A DNA stretch of 64,000 bases from Octopus vulgaris. Lineage: Eukaryota. The notes below the pieces were generated by a model that worked only from the letters and a program-made list of their open reading frames with translations, searched no databases and had not been told where the DNA came from. Made by a program: the position numbers and the translations under genes. Each line of letters starts with the position of its first letter. Positions within the stretch are counted from its first letter, which is position 1. The stretch spans positions 992,001-1,056,000 of the forward strand of contig OX597834.1 in assembly GCA_951406725.2 (NCBI GenBank), given 5' to 3'. Positions 27,591 to 41,669 of the stretch are shown piece by piece.

Positions 27591-29654
27591 ATTCTTTGTG
27601 TTTATTAGTTCTATTAACTTGTTCACTTTCAGGTACTTAACCATTTATATCTAACTTCCATAGATTCTTTTCTCTGTGAATTATGTTGTACCCTTTTTTC
27701 TTAAACTCTTATTTTATAGTGACTGCTTCTTCCTGTGCATTGATCTAGTATGTGTATGTTTGTATATTTTTTGTTTGTTTTTCATTATCATAGATTTACA
27801 CCTGATTTCCTATGCTTACATGGGTTGGACAGGTCTTATCCAGCCATGTCTCTTGTTACCTGTTGCAATTCCTAGTCATCTTATTCATCCTTTGCCACTC
27901 CATCCCATGTCTTCTCTTCCACAAGCTCCTACCTGGATTGCCTGGCACCTCTTTGCTCAGTTGTTATCTTTCATACTACATGACCATGCCAATACATTCT
28001 TCTTCATCTCATCTGTTCCACTGTTCATGCACTCTAACATTACACATCTGAACGAGTATTTTACTAACCTTGTCCATATAACGGTTATTTCATAAGTTGA
28101 ACCCCAATATAAACCCCCTATATTTGTTTTGATTCTTCCAATAAACGTCCATGTAGTTGATTTCTCCTTGAAATACAGCATAAACAGAATAATGAGGTTA
28201 GCTTCATAAATTAGCTCAGTCACTCAAAACTACAACACTAATAGAAATTAATATACATAGTGATATATAGATGTTTGTACACGCCTGCTACCGCCTGTTT
28301 AATACAGTCTTTAAAATAAAAAGCATTCCCAATATGTTTATTCCCAATAGTTGCATTCCTAAGTGGAAAGCGAGAACAAGGGACATCATTCAATGTTTCT
28401 TATTAAGGGGAATTAATTAATCTTTTCTTACTTTCCTAGGTAATTTTAAGCTCATCAACTGAAGCTACTATTTTATCTTCAGTTTACTCAGTTGCTTGTG
28501 GAAATTCTCAAAACAAAACAGAAACTGAATTTAATTTATAAGTTTTATATTATTCTTCTAATCTTCATTCTAGTTCATTTCAAAATGGACTAGAATTGAA
28601 AACATATTACTACACTGTACATCAAATGACAACCAACTGTAATTTATTGTTCCAAAAATGTACGATATTCATTAGAGGTAGGTACCAAACAAAACATGGC
28701 TAAAAATTTCTGTCATAACTTTACAGATTATCTGCCAACCACTCAAGAGTGTAATGTGTGCTTTTTACATGCCACCAATACAGGTGTCAATTAATATAAA
28801 ACCATCTATCATCTGAAACGGTAATGGTTTTTAATGAGCCAACAAGGGAACTTTCATTAGTCAAGCTGCTAAAAATATCAGCTAAATTTCCTCAAATCAC
28901 ATGTCATCTTTTCAGTATACAAAAAGACAAAATAGTTGTGATTGAATCCTTTCTGACCATAGGCCTGTGCAGAGAAGAACTGGTGTTAATAACATTTTCT
29001 CAAAATACTTCTTAAAGTTCTATCATCATATTATGTTTCTTGACTAATGAGTTTTATTTAGATAAAGCTCATTAACCAGATGATTCTTGAAAGGAATCAA
29101 CAATGCTGAGACCAATTTAAGAATGGGTATCTTAAATTCCAAACAATTGGGAAATAAAATGTTTTAATTCTTTCTGGGTTGGGGGAAATAAAATGGGGTT
29201 TGGCAGTTGTTAAGTCTATTTCATCCCAAAAGCTGTTTTTTTTTTTTTTAAATTAATGAAAATCACATTTTCACATAAAATGTATCACAAATATCACATC
29301 AAGAAAGCTTGTACTGTAGAAGTCAAGAGAGGTAAATATTCTGTCATTTCCTAATGAACCAGCAGAAGGACCTAGAGTCCACATGGGATAAATAGTGAGT
29401 GGAAATGTCAATTCCACATTGAAATTTAGCCTGACCAGGGACCCTGAAAGTGTAATCCCCTTTCTGTGACCTTGAGACAATCCAAACCAAGGGACACCAA
29501 TTGGCTTACCTGTTATTGGATTCTTCTTGTTAGTGTGATTTCAGAAATATACTATGAATGTGTGATATTGCATAAAAAAGTGAAAATATTTTATGTAAAC
29601 ACATGTTTACACTTACAGTCACATCTTACTTAATTCCTTCTTGTTGAATTTCAG

Positions 29655-29916
29655 ATGGTACAAATTAAAATTGATGAGGAAACTACACCTTATATAGGTG
29701 TCCTAGAACCTATCACTATCAATCTAGCTGCTGTGACAATTCTTCCAATGGGCCTCAATAGACAACTGAAAGAGCTTTTCCCTGTTTTTCCAGTTTATGG
29801 ACATTGTTCTAATTCAAAGATTTCTAGTGCTTGTGATTTTGACAAACTAGATTCCGTTTTACAGCGATATTCCACCAAGATAATGCATTCAAAACATTTC
29901 ACCAAGGATCAGTCAG
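29655..29916 (+). CDS. TICRR: Treslin internal exon
   Basis: TTTCAG|ATG phase-0 join; MVQIKIDEETTPYIGVLEPITINLAAVTI (cf. [29 protein letters not shown]); donor CAG|GTAAAT. Confidence 0.75.
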
Positions 29917-30354
29917 GTAAATTAAGTTTTCGCTTCAATTTCTCCTTGTTTCCACATGGTATTGTTATCTTGTCTGCACATGATATTTTTATGTACAAGA
30001 GAGTGGCGAAAGACAGAAGTGAAAGTGATTTTAATAGATCTCTAGGTTAACGAACCCCTGGCAACTGTTGATTGATACTGAAACCTGTTATAACTTGTAT
30101 ACAATTCAACTTACTTAATTTAACAATAATAACATCAATCATTATTTGGTTCCTGCTACTCTCCTTTAATTGATCTGCTTCCGTCTATTCGTCCCCTCTA
30201 ATGAATAGTTACCGTAAAGACAACTATCAGATAACACTTGCCTAAACCCTGCAAATGTCTAAATATGCATAACTATACAATACATGGAGACATGGAAAGT
30301 AGAGCTCAGATTATTAAAATTTAAATTTTTTTTTGTAATTCTGTTCAATATTAC

Positions 30355-31478
30355 TCATTATCATCATCGTTTAACGTCCACTTTCCATGCTGGCATGGGT
30401 TGAACGGTTCGACTGGGGTCTGGGAAGCCAGGAGGTTGCACCAGGCCCAGTCTGATCTGGCAGTGTTTCTACAGCTGGATGTCCTTCCTAACGCCAACCA
30501 CTCCGTGAGTGTAGTGGGTGCTTTTTGCATGCCACCGGCACAGGTGCCAGGCGAGGCTGGCAAAGGTCACAATCGGTTGGTGATTTTTACGTGCCACCGG
30601 CATGGAGGCCAGTCGAGGCAGTGCTGGTAACGGCCAAGTTCGGATCGGTTTTTTTTACATGACATCGGCACTGGTATTACAACTGCAATTTCCATTCATT
30701 TTTTGATCGATTTCGATTTCGCTTGTCTCGACAGGTCTTCGCAAGTAGAGTTTTGTGTCCCAAGAAGGGAAGGTATGCATAAGTGGACTGGCTACATCCC
30801 AGGTAGAGGCCACGGGTTATGGTCTCATTTGTCCTGCCAGATCTTCTCACGCACAGCATACTTCCAAAGGTCTCGGTCTCTAGTCATTGCCTTGGTGAGA
30901 CCTAATGTTTGAAGGTCGTGCTTCACCACCTCGTCCCAGGTTTTCCTGGGTCTACCTCTTCCACAGGTTCCCTCAACCACTAGGGTGTGGCACATTTTCA
31001 CACAACTATCTTCATCCATTCTCGCCACATGACCATACCAGTGCAAATGTCTCTCTTGCACACAACTGATGCTTCTTAGGTCCAACTTTTCTCTCAAGGT
31101 GCTTATACTCTGTTGAGTATGAACACTGACATTACACATCCATCGGAGCATACTGGCTTCATTTCTTGTGAGCTTACGCATATCCCCATCAGTCATGGCC
31201 CATGTTTCACTGCCATGTAGCATGGCTGTTCGTACACATGCTTCATACGGTGCCTTTTATCACCAGCAGAGGTAAAAGCTCTCTGAACTTTGCCCAAGCT
31301 ATTCTTACTCTAGCAGTTACACTTTCAGCACACCCGCCCCTGCTACTGACTTGGTCACCTAGGTAACGGAAGCTATCAGCTACTTCTAGTTTTTCTATAT
31401 AGTTGTTATCTGCACATGTTTATTGCTCCTGAGCATCTGCCACATACAAAAATATAGTTAGCCTTCCTTTGATATTGC
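30355..31478 (-). mobile_element. RTE LINE 3' fragment (same family as 10.3-12.8 kb)
   Basis: MLHGSETWA..GRGRPRKTWDEVVKHDL; (GAT)n tail at ~30355-30370; ends at a (TA)n tract. Confidence 0.88.
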
Positions 31479-31965
<487 letters not shown>

Positions 31966-32057
31966 TACTTTGATACTTTGATACTTTGATAGGTTTCGGC
32001 CATTATTGGCCCAGGCCATGTCTAACTTAATAGCACCACCTGGTGAAGTCTTTCAAG

Positions 32058-35000
32058 TCAGAATTTGGGCACTATGGCCCACTCAAGTAGAGAGTTATTG
32101 TTTACAGAGACATATCCGGGTGTAGGGGGTTTATCTGGGATTTCTTGAAGGAATCTGTCCAAAGACTTCTTGAACCCTATAGGGTCAGTTTCTGTTTTAA
32201 TGTGTTTTGGTGTAATGTTAAAGAGAGCGGGGCCAATTGAGGTGAAATAATTGTGCCGTATTGTTGTTATGAGATGAGAGTGCGATTTTTGTTTTGGGCG
32301 GATGGCACGGGGCCCAAGCCTTGGATGTACCTTAAAGGTGATGCCAACATCATTTGGGCAATGCTGATGGAATATTTTCCACATCATGCAGATGATGTAG
32401 CGCTCACGACGACGTTGGAGAGAATAGAGTTTTAGCTTTTCTAGTCGACCCCAATAGTCGAGGCCTGTCATGCCATCTATCTTTTTTGTGATTGCCCTTT
32501 GAGGTGCTTCAACTTTTATGATACCTTGTATTGTGTGGGGAGACCACAGTGGACAACAGTATTCAAGGTGGGGTCGGGCAAAAGTGGAGAAGAGAAGGAT
32601 AATGGTGTGGATATCTCTCGACTGGAAAGTTCTGAGAATCCAGGAACACATTCTGCGGGCCATGTCAACTTTGGTGTTTATATGAGTGGCCCAGCTTACG
32701 TTGTTGTCCACAATTACTCCCAAGTCTCTGATGTTGTTGGACGCCGTGAGAGTTTCACCTGAAGGAAGGGAGTATGGGAGTTTCAGGGCATCCTCTTTTC
32801 CAAAGTGGATTAGCTCAAATTTATCCTCGTTCAGCAGCATATTGTTTTTTTCTGCCCATTGGATAACAGCCAGTAGATCTGACTGAAGGCATGTCCGGTC
32901 ACTCGCCTCATTTATGACCTTCTGTAGCTTGGAGTCATCTGCAAAGATTTTTATGTTGCTGTGCTTGATGATGTCATTAATGTCATTAATGTAAATGATG
33001 AAAAGAAGTGGGCCCAGCACAGTGCCTTGCGGAACGCCACTACTGACTTTGGCTGGGCTTGATTTTACCCCTTCAACTACAACATGTTGAGATCTGTCTG
33101 TCAGGAAACACTTAATCCATTTCAGTAACTTTCCAGAGACACTAATGTTGGATAGTTTTTTCAATAGGATCTTGTGATCGACCCTGTCGAAGGCCTTACT
33201 GAAATCAAGGTAGATGACATCGGTGTTGAGCCCTCTCTCAAAGCTCTCAAAATGTCCTCAAAGTGATGCAGGAGCTGCGTTAGGCAGTCCCTTCCATTAC
33301 GGAACCCATGTTGGTTGGAGATCAGCCGTCTGTTGCTTTCCAGAAATTGGGTTATTCGAGATCTTACCACCCTCTCAAATACCTTGATGATATGAGAGGT
33401 GAGTGAGATCGGACGGTAATTCACTGCAAGGGACTTGTTTCCCTTTTTGAAAACTGGGACAACAGACTGGGACAGAAGGTTTTTTGGAATATAGCCAGCA
33501 TCCAGTGAGTTTCTCCACAGATTAGCAAGGGGAGATGCAAGTTGGTGTCGACACACCTTCAGGACACAAGCAGGGAACCTATCGGGGCCTACTGCTGAAT
33601 TGTGTTTTATTTCGTTTATCGCCGCTAAGACATCAGGGGCACTAAACGTTATGTCTGATATAGTGTGTTGGGGGTTGACATCACTGATACAGCCCAGATC
33701 GGCCATATCAGGATTGCTGAAAACAGAGCAGTATTGTTTCTGCAGTATCTCGGCCATGGATTTGGCATTATCTTGGAGAGTGCCAGTTTCGTCAATTAGA
33801 GGGCCTACAATGGAGACAGTGACCCTGCGTTTCCTCGCAAATGAAAAGAACACTTTGGGGTTGAGTTTGATTTTTTCAATGGCCCACTTCTCCTCAGCTG
33901 ATCTTTGGTTATTGATGAGGGTCTTCATGCATTGTTGGAGGTTATATTTTTTGGATTCAAGCAGTGCGATAGCCGTCGAATGTGTGTGTTGCTGTTGGCA
34001 GTACTTTAGTTTGTTAATTTTTTTGTTTGTTCTTTTTATTTTTCTGATAATGGTTTTTCTGTTTTGGGGGATTCTGCACTTTTTGTTCACAGGTCTTGGT
34101 GGGGAGTGTTTTGCACATATGTCTGTGACGGTGTCTACAAAGATCTGCCAAGATGTTTTATGGTTGGTGGAGATGTGTGTATGTGTAAAGGACCAGTCAA
34201 CATTTGATAGCTCGTTCCTGATTGCATCCCAGTTGGCTTTATGGAGATCCATGTTGTCAAATGGGTGGGCTGGAGGAAGGTCACTAGGATTAGCTTTCGG
34301 CTGGTGGAATTTCATGTTACAGAGAACCATGTCATGGTCTGAAAGAAGGGTTTTTTCCACTGTAACGTTATGTATAGTGTTAGTGTGGTTACTAAACACT
34401 AGGTCCAAAATGTTCTGATGTCTTGTTGGTGCAAGGACAAGTTGGGACAAGAAAAACTCATTCGTAAAGTCGAAAAGTGACTCTGCTGCTTCTTTGTCAG
34501 CGGTTGAGGCGGGAGTGCTTGGTTTCAAACAGTTTGTGGTCCAAGTCAACACAGGGTAGATTGAAGTCTCCCATCATGAGTATGTTGCTAGAATGGCACT
34601 GTTGAATAAAGCACTTAACGCTGTTGAGGCATTCTTTAAAGCACAGTATGGGTGTTTGGGGCGGCCTATAGAGCCCAATTACTGTCAGGTCATTGGCTTT
34701 GTTGTGCACGGTGACTGATTCACAGTAGCCGTTGGAGAATATACTATTTCCATCTGCCGTAAATGAATCATGCAGGAAAATGGCAGTTCCACCCTTCCTC
34801 CTGCCGATACGATCCGCGCGGATGGTTGTGAAATTCTTCACTCTCACTTCGGCTTCCAAGTGGGAGTTGTCAAGGTGGGTCTCAGTGAGAATGAAGAAAG
34901 GGATGTGGTGTGAATGGTTACCAACCCAGTCTTCAATGAATTGGACCTTCCATTTTTGTGCATTGATGGAAGGGCTGACACCTTGTGCATTGAGTAGGAA

Positions 35001-35177
35001 TGTGGAGGTTAGTGTAGTGGCTGGTTTTGACTGTTGCAGGGGGCTTGGATTTTTTGTGTGTGTTAGTGGCAGCAATGTGGGGAATTGGTGCACTGGGGTA
35101 ATAGCATAGGATGGTGTTGAGTGATGGCTAGAATGTTTTTGTGTATCTCTTTTGCCATGTTCAACATGGCTAAAAAA
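32058..35177 (-). pseudogene. LINE-A ORF2 (AP endonuclease plus reverse transcriptase), two 1-nt indels
   Basis: LTETHL, YRPP, MGDFNLP, SDH; [34 protein letters not shown]. Indels near 34545 and 33230. Confidence 0.88.
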
Positions 35178-36268
35178 GAATTTTCCTGCTTAGGGAGCAG
35201 TTTTTGGCTGGAGGTGTGGTTGCACTGTTGGATAGGGTTGTAGTTTCCACTTTTGTTGTTGTTGTTTTTGTGTCTTCCTGAAAAGACTGGACCAGCATTA
35301 CTGCAGCATGGTGTGTTTCTATTTTTATTGTTATTCAGGTTTGTGTGTTGGCTTGAGGCCCCGTTTCTGTTTGTGCGTCGGGTCCCTGGAAGATGAGTGA
35401 AGGGACAGTCACTCAGTAGACATGTTCTCTCACGTTGGGAATACCGGCAGATTTTGGGACTCCGAGTTGTGTGTGTTTTGAATTTCGATTTACTATTTGG
35501 TGGTGTTGATGTTATTGTGGGATTCGTGCTTTGGCCTTGGCCGGTAGTGCGTCTAGTGCCGGGTAGATGCGTGAAGATGCAGTCACTATTTGTGCAGAGT
35601 CTCTGGCGCAGTGAATAGCGGCATATTTGGGGATTTCTTGTTTGTGCCGTGGGGGGCGCATTCTGCTTCCTATGTTTCTTTAAGTTTTTGTTACTGCAGT
35701 AGTATTGAGGTGGTGATGTGGGGGAAGAGGGCAGTGGTTTCTTATTTGGTTTTCTGTTGGTATTTTTGGTGATTGAAGACGATGGTGGCAGCGGTGGTGA
35801 TGATGATGATGATAATTGTGGTGGTTGCTGTGAGAGCGGTGAAAAGATACTGGCATTTAGTGAATCATCTAGTAAGCTAGAGTTGAGGAGTGGCTGTTGT
35901 TGTTGTTGTTGTGCTTGACCGATGTTAGGGTCAGCCATTGTGCTGGGAACCAGGAGTGGCTCATTCTGTTGTTGTTGTTGTTGTGGCTGCTGATTTTCTA
36001 GCTGTTGTTGTTCTTGAACTGTGAAAATATGTAGAAGCTTTTCATAATGGCCTCTTATCAGTTTGAAAGATACTTCGATATGTTTCAGCTTGCTACGAAT
36101 CTGTTTGACGGATCGTGTGTTGACCACTTGTGATGTTTTTTCGGCAATCTCATTCAAACACAAGACATTTAGATTTTCTGTTTGGGAAAGAGAGAAACAT
36201 GTGTTTATTAAAACATCAATTTCGTTATCAGACCAATTTCGTCTGTTGCAGGCCTGCAAGTTAGTCAT
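35063..36268 (-). CDS. LINE-A ORF1: Myb/SANT-like N-terminus, poly-Q/P/S linker, two CCCH fingers
   Basis: Intact 401 aa; W S..E...L..RS.KQIRSKLK; two copies of IC-x7-C-x4-C-x3-HLPGTRRT. Confidence 0.75.
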   Translation of the reverse strand: MTNLQACNRRNWSDNEIDVLINTCFSLSQTENLNVLCLNEIAEKTSQVVNTRSVKQIRSKLKHIEVSFKLIRGHYEKLLHIFTVQEQQQLENQQPQQQQQQNEPLLVPSTMADPNIGQAQQQQQQPLLNSSLLDDSLNASIFSPLSQQPPQLSSSSSPPLPPSSSITKNTNRKPNKKPLPSSPTSPPQYYCSNKNLKKHRKQNAPPTAQTRNPQICRYSLRQRLCTNSDCIFTHLPGTRRTTGQGQSTNPTITSTPPNSKSKFKTHTTRSPKICRYSQRERTCLLSDCPFTHLPGTRRTNRNGASSQHTNLNNNKNRNTPCCSNAGPVFSGRHKNNNNKSGNYNPIQQCNHTSSQKLLPKQENSFLAMLNMAKEIHKNILAITQHHPMLLPQCTNSPHCCH

Positions 36269-36918
36269 GTTTGTTTTTCTTTTGTTTGTTTTCCTTTTGA
36301 TTTTTGAAAATATATATATTCTTTCTTGGGAGTTAAAGAAGTGTATATATATATAAATGTTCTCTCTTAAGGGTGTGAGTTTTTGATTATTTGGTTGTTT
36401 GAGGATATTAAAAGAAAAACAGGTGTATATAATAATTTGTAGTTAAATGAAAACGTACTTACGGGTTTGTAGGCAAACACTTGGTTACAAATATATATAT
36501 ATTTAAGGTCAGTTAGTTTTGAAGCTGTGTAGCTTGCTACTAACTTGGGAGAGAAACAAATAGACGTCCGTCCACTTCAACAGTTAATCCACATATATAA
36601 ATATATATATATATATATATAAATATATATAAATAAATATATATAAATATATATATATATAAATAAATATATATAAATATATATATATATAAATAAATAT
36701 ATATAAATATATATATATATAAATATATATAAATATATATATATATAAATAAATATATATAAATATATATATATATAAATAAATATATATAAATATATAT
36801 ATATATAAATATATATATATAAATATATATAAATATATATATATAAATATATATATATAAATATATATAAATATATATATATATAAATATATATAAATAT
36901 ATATAAATATATATAAAT

Positions 36919-36951
<33 letters not shown>

Positions 36952-36971
36952 AATATATATATATATAAATA

Positions 36972-37687
<716 letters not shown>

Positions 37688-37772
37688 TGATTGATTGATT
37701 GATTCTAGTTTCAGCTTATGAGATGTGGCCATGCTGGGGCACCGCCATTTGGTGTTGCTACTTGGTTTCACT

Positions 37773-40700
37773 TCATGGAGGCTTTCTAGCAACTGCTATT
37801 TGGTGCATGAGAGAGTTCGATGCAGCTGCCCTCATCTGCCCCTCCTGCCGTGAAGTTGGTTCATCTGGGACACCTGACAGGAAGAGATCCAGCTTCATTT
37901 TAAAGACATCTGTATCCACCCCATGCAGGTCTCTCAGGTTCTTCGGGAGGATATTAAAGAGCTGTGGGCCTCGGAAGCCCAGGCTATCACAGAATCTTGT
38001 CCTACATCTTGATGGCAGGTTTGGAGTCCTAGGCACCACGCAGTGGCGCCCAGTTCTGGCGTTTGCGTAACTCTCGATGCCAAAGTTCAGGACACTTCCC
38101 TCCAGGATCTTCCAGATGTATATTATGGCATATCTTTCCCGCCTACGCTCCAGGGAATATAATTTTAATCTCTTGAGTCTTTCCCAGTAGCTTACATTCT
38201 GCATAGAGGCTATCTTCTTTGTGTAGCTTCGTTGGATTGCCTCAAGTTCTGTGATCAACTTGACACTGGATGGTGACCATATCTGAGAGCAATAGTCAAA
38301 GTGGCTTAGGACAAGTGTCTTCCAGAGGACCATCATGGTTTCTTGTTCTCTTGTTCTAAAGGTTCTAAGAATCCATCCAGCCAGCCGTCTACATTTCATT
38401 GTCAGTTTAGCAACATGTACATGAAAGGTCGCGTCATCACTCATGTGAATACCCAGGTCACGCACTGATTGTGCCTCTGGGATTGCAATCCCTCCGGGTC
38501 CAGTGTATTCATTGGGTATTGCATTCAGTTTTGCATGCTGATAGTATAAAGCTTGAAACTTTCCAGCATTGAACTGCATGCTATTCTTTTCAGCCCACTT
38601 GTATATTTCGTCCAGCTCACATTGCAGGTGTTTAGTGTCCTCAGGGTTCTGTATTGCCTGTGAAACTTTTGTATCATCTGCATAACTTGTGATCGTGGCT
38701 CTCTGCGTGGCTGAGGGCATGTCTGAGAGGGCCATTATGAACAGTAGTGGTCCCAGAACAGTGCCCTGCGGAACACCGCTCACTATTTGTGTGTTAATGG
38801 AGGTGGCCCCATTGGCTACTACCACCTGACTTCTATCCTTCAGAAAGTCATGAAGCCATTCTCCCAGTTTTCCAACTATGTTGAGATCACGCAGTTTGTG
38901 ACATATCATTCCATGATCGACTTTATCAAAGGCCTTTGCAAAGTCGAGATATATCACTTCCACATTTGAGTGGTTGAGCAGCCGTTTCAGCACCCAGTCA
39001 TAGTGTTGTAGGAGCTGAGTTAAACAGCTTCTCCCTGGTCGGAAACCATGTTGGGTGTCGGGCAGCAAGTCATTCTCTTCAAGGAAGGTGATCAGCTTCC
39101 TTCTGACTATTCGTTCCATGACCTTGCTGATGTGTGAGGTCAGAGAGATAGGTCTGTAGTTCTTGGCTTCCGCTCTGCTACCTCCTTTATGAATGGGGCA
39201 TATTTTACCTTCCTTCAGTTTTCCTGGAAGTTTGCCAGCTGCAAGGAAGCTCTGAAAGAGGAACTGCAGTGGTCTTGCTAGGACTCTCTTACATACTTTT
39301 AGGAGGATTGCCGGGAATCCATCGGGGCCAGTAGCTGAGTCTGTTTTCATTTCATCTATAGCCTTGGTTACATCGTCTTCCTTTATATCGATGTAATCTA
39401 TCGTCGCTGCCTCTGATTTTATATCTGCAGTGGTAAAAAAGTCAGTTGGATTGGTGATTTGGAGATGCCCAAGGGTGGAGTGAAAACACTCTTGAATTGC
39501 TCATTCAGTATTTCACTTACCCTCATTGGTTTTCCTGTAAGTGTGCCATCCTTTTCAAGGAGTGGCCCTATTCTACAGTGCACTGTAGCTGTTTCTTTGG
39601 CATACCTGTAGAAAGCTCTGGGGTTAGATTTTATGTTTTCTATAGCCCAGGCTTCTTTGTCTGCTCTTTCTTTTTCATGGGAGAGTTGCAGACATTTTTC
39701 GATTTCCAACAGTTTTATTTTTAGGCGGGACTTTTCACTGCTTTCAATCTGTTTGTTTAGGCGATTTGAAAATTTCGTACGCCGTCTCATTAAAATTTTC
39801 CTCTCTCTGGGGATTTTGTTCTTGTGTACAGTGGCCTTTCTCTCTGGGACACATTTGTAGCATATGGCTTGCATTACAGACATGAATTGTTGAAGTTTCA
39901 CGTCGATGTCTGGCGAGTTTTGTTTGAGGATCTCTTTCTCAATTTGTTTCCAGTTTGCCTTATGGTAGTTCAAGCTGGAAAGATTTTGAGGGTTTCTTGT
40001 AGGCTGCATGTCCGTGCTCTCTTTTGGCCCGTACATGGTCAGCTCTATCATGTTGTGATCCGAGAGTAGTGTCGGTGTCACTTTCACATTATGGATGAGA
40101 TCCATGTCATTTGTGAAGCAGAGATCCAGTGTGTTACCTGCCCTGGTTGGTTGGAGTATTACCTGCTCCATGTACAGGGTGTTGATGAGGTTCAGGAGGG
40201 ACCTCGCCTGTCCTCGTTCACATCTTGTCATTCCTGGGAGAGAAAGGCCCTCGGGCCATCTGACATTGGGCAGATTGAAGTCTCCCATAAGAAGCACACC
40301 TATGTGTTGTTCTAATGTGGTTAGAATTTCTTCTATTTTTATAAGGCAGTCTTCGAACTTGCCCACATGGCTTGGGGCATCTGGAGGGCGATATGTAGCA
40401 CACACAACTACATCAAGTTGCCTAATATGTACAATTAGTGTGTCACACACCGAGTTTGAGTATGACAAGAGGACCTGGGGTGTGAGGTCCTCACGGATGT
40501 ACATAGCAACACCTCCATGACTCCTTTCTTTCCTGTTGGTCCGTAGTACAGCATACTGTGGTATGTGTAACTCCGCATCTGCTATGTCCGGTTTCAGGTG
40601 CGTTTCTGTAAGTGCTATGCATAAGGCTTGATTGCATGCAACAAAGTCTCTCAGGAACGGGATCTTTGTCCTGTTACTGAGTGTTTGCAGTCCTCTGATG

Positions 40701-40864
40701 TTCAGTAGGAGTATCGAGGTGAGGTGTACGTTGTTGCCGGCGGTGTCCATCCTGTGTCTGTTTGCTGTGGTGGTCTGGTATATAGTGGGTAGTCCCACCT
40801 GCGGGCTTGGGTTTGATGAAGCCAGGTCAGCTGCTGTACAATCTTTTGTGCCATGCACAAAAAA
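37773..40864 (-). pseudogene. LINE-B ORF2 (APE plus RT) with a single 1-nt homopolymer loss
   Basis: [52 protein letters not shown] at 39473-39475 versus GGGG in the other copies. Confidence 0.88.
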
Positions 40865-41613
40865 GATTGTTGCTCAGCAGCTGCTCTTTCGATAATATCA
40901 TGTTGGCTGTTTGTGGCGCGCACAACATCTGCGTACCTCCGCTTTGGGGCAGGTGGTGCGTAGTCCATCCCTTTTCTTTGTGTTGATGGTTTGTCCATCT
41001 GCCTCGTGTCTCTGTGGCAGGGTCCCCGATGTGCAAAGCGGCAGCCTGCACCTTCCTTTCCGTGCCAGCAGGAACCTCTCAGGTAGAACATACACACCCG
41101 TGTGCGCTGTTTGGTTCCATCCTTTGCGGTTCCACTTCTACTCCTGGTTGTTTCACTCTTTGGTCCTGCTTGAGCTTTTTCTTTTCCTTTAGCTCTTCCA
41201 GTCCTTCTTTTAGTTCTTCTTCCTCCCTCTACCTCTTCACCGGGTTCTCCGTCTCCATGGCCCTTGCTGCCGGTTGGAGAACTTGCACCTGGGTTCACTT
41301 CCCGGGCAGGTTTCTCATTCAAAACCTCCTCCTGGGCGTCCACCAGGTGGGGGTGACTTCTTTCATCGTCTCCATTCTTGCCATCTTTGCCCCGCTCGTT
41401 CTCAAAGATGACATCAAGTGCGCCAATGTGCGACCGTACAAGCGCATATGAGCGCACGAATTCCTGTCTCTTTCGCTCCATCTGAGCCGCTGTCCTCTTG
41501 TAGCCTCTGCTCTTCAGCGCAGCCGCAATCACCTCGCTAGGGCTATCTCCGCCGGCGCACTCCCATGCTCGTACGAATAAATCCAGCTCGTCACGTCTCC
41601 ATGCTCTGGACAT
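40702..41613 (-). CDS. LINE-B ORF1: Myb/SANT-like N-terminus and one CCCH finger
   Basis: Intact 303 aa; WRRDELDLF..W..IAAALKSRGYKRTAAQMERK; CMFYLRGSCWHGKEGAGCRFAH. Confidence 0.75.
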   Translation of the reverse strand: MSRAWRRDELDLFVRAWECAGGDSPSEVIAAALKSRGYKRTAAQMERKRQEFVRSYALVRSHIGALDVIFENERGKDGKNGDDERSHPHLVDAQEEVLNEKPAREVNPGASSPTGSKGHGDGEPGEEVEGGRRTKRRTGRAKGKEKAQAGPKSETTRSRSGTAKDGTKQRTRVCMFYLRGSCWHGKEGAGCRFAHRGPCHRDTRQMDKPSTQRKGMDYAPPAPKRRYADVVRATNSQHDIIERAAAEQQSFLCMAQKIVQQLTWLHQTQARRWDYPLYTRPPQQTDTGWTPPATTYTSPRYSY

Positions 41614-41669
41614 GCTGGATAATCCGTCTATCCGTTTATCTATCTAATTATGTTCGAGAGAAGACAGGA

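Larger units (their letters stand above)
31966..36592 (-). mobile_element. Full-length CR1-group LINE, family A, inserted in (TA)n
   Basis: ORF1 plus APE-RT ORF2; (TATCAAAG)n 3' tail; 5' end has a GGACGT internal-promoter-like motif; TA tracts on both sides. Confidence 0.88.

Noticed and set aside
28440-28677. Possible extra TICRR exon (AG...GT bounded)
   Set aside because: It contains stop codons, and the exons ending at 26674 and starting at 29655 already join in frame with continuous homology.
33600-34418. Long antisense ORFs over LINE and hAT coding regions (also 19574-20185)
   Set aside because: Shadow ORFs explained by the codon structure of the opposite strand.
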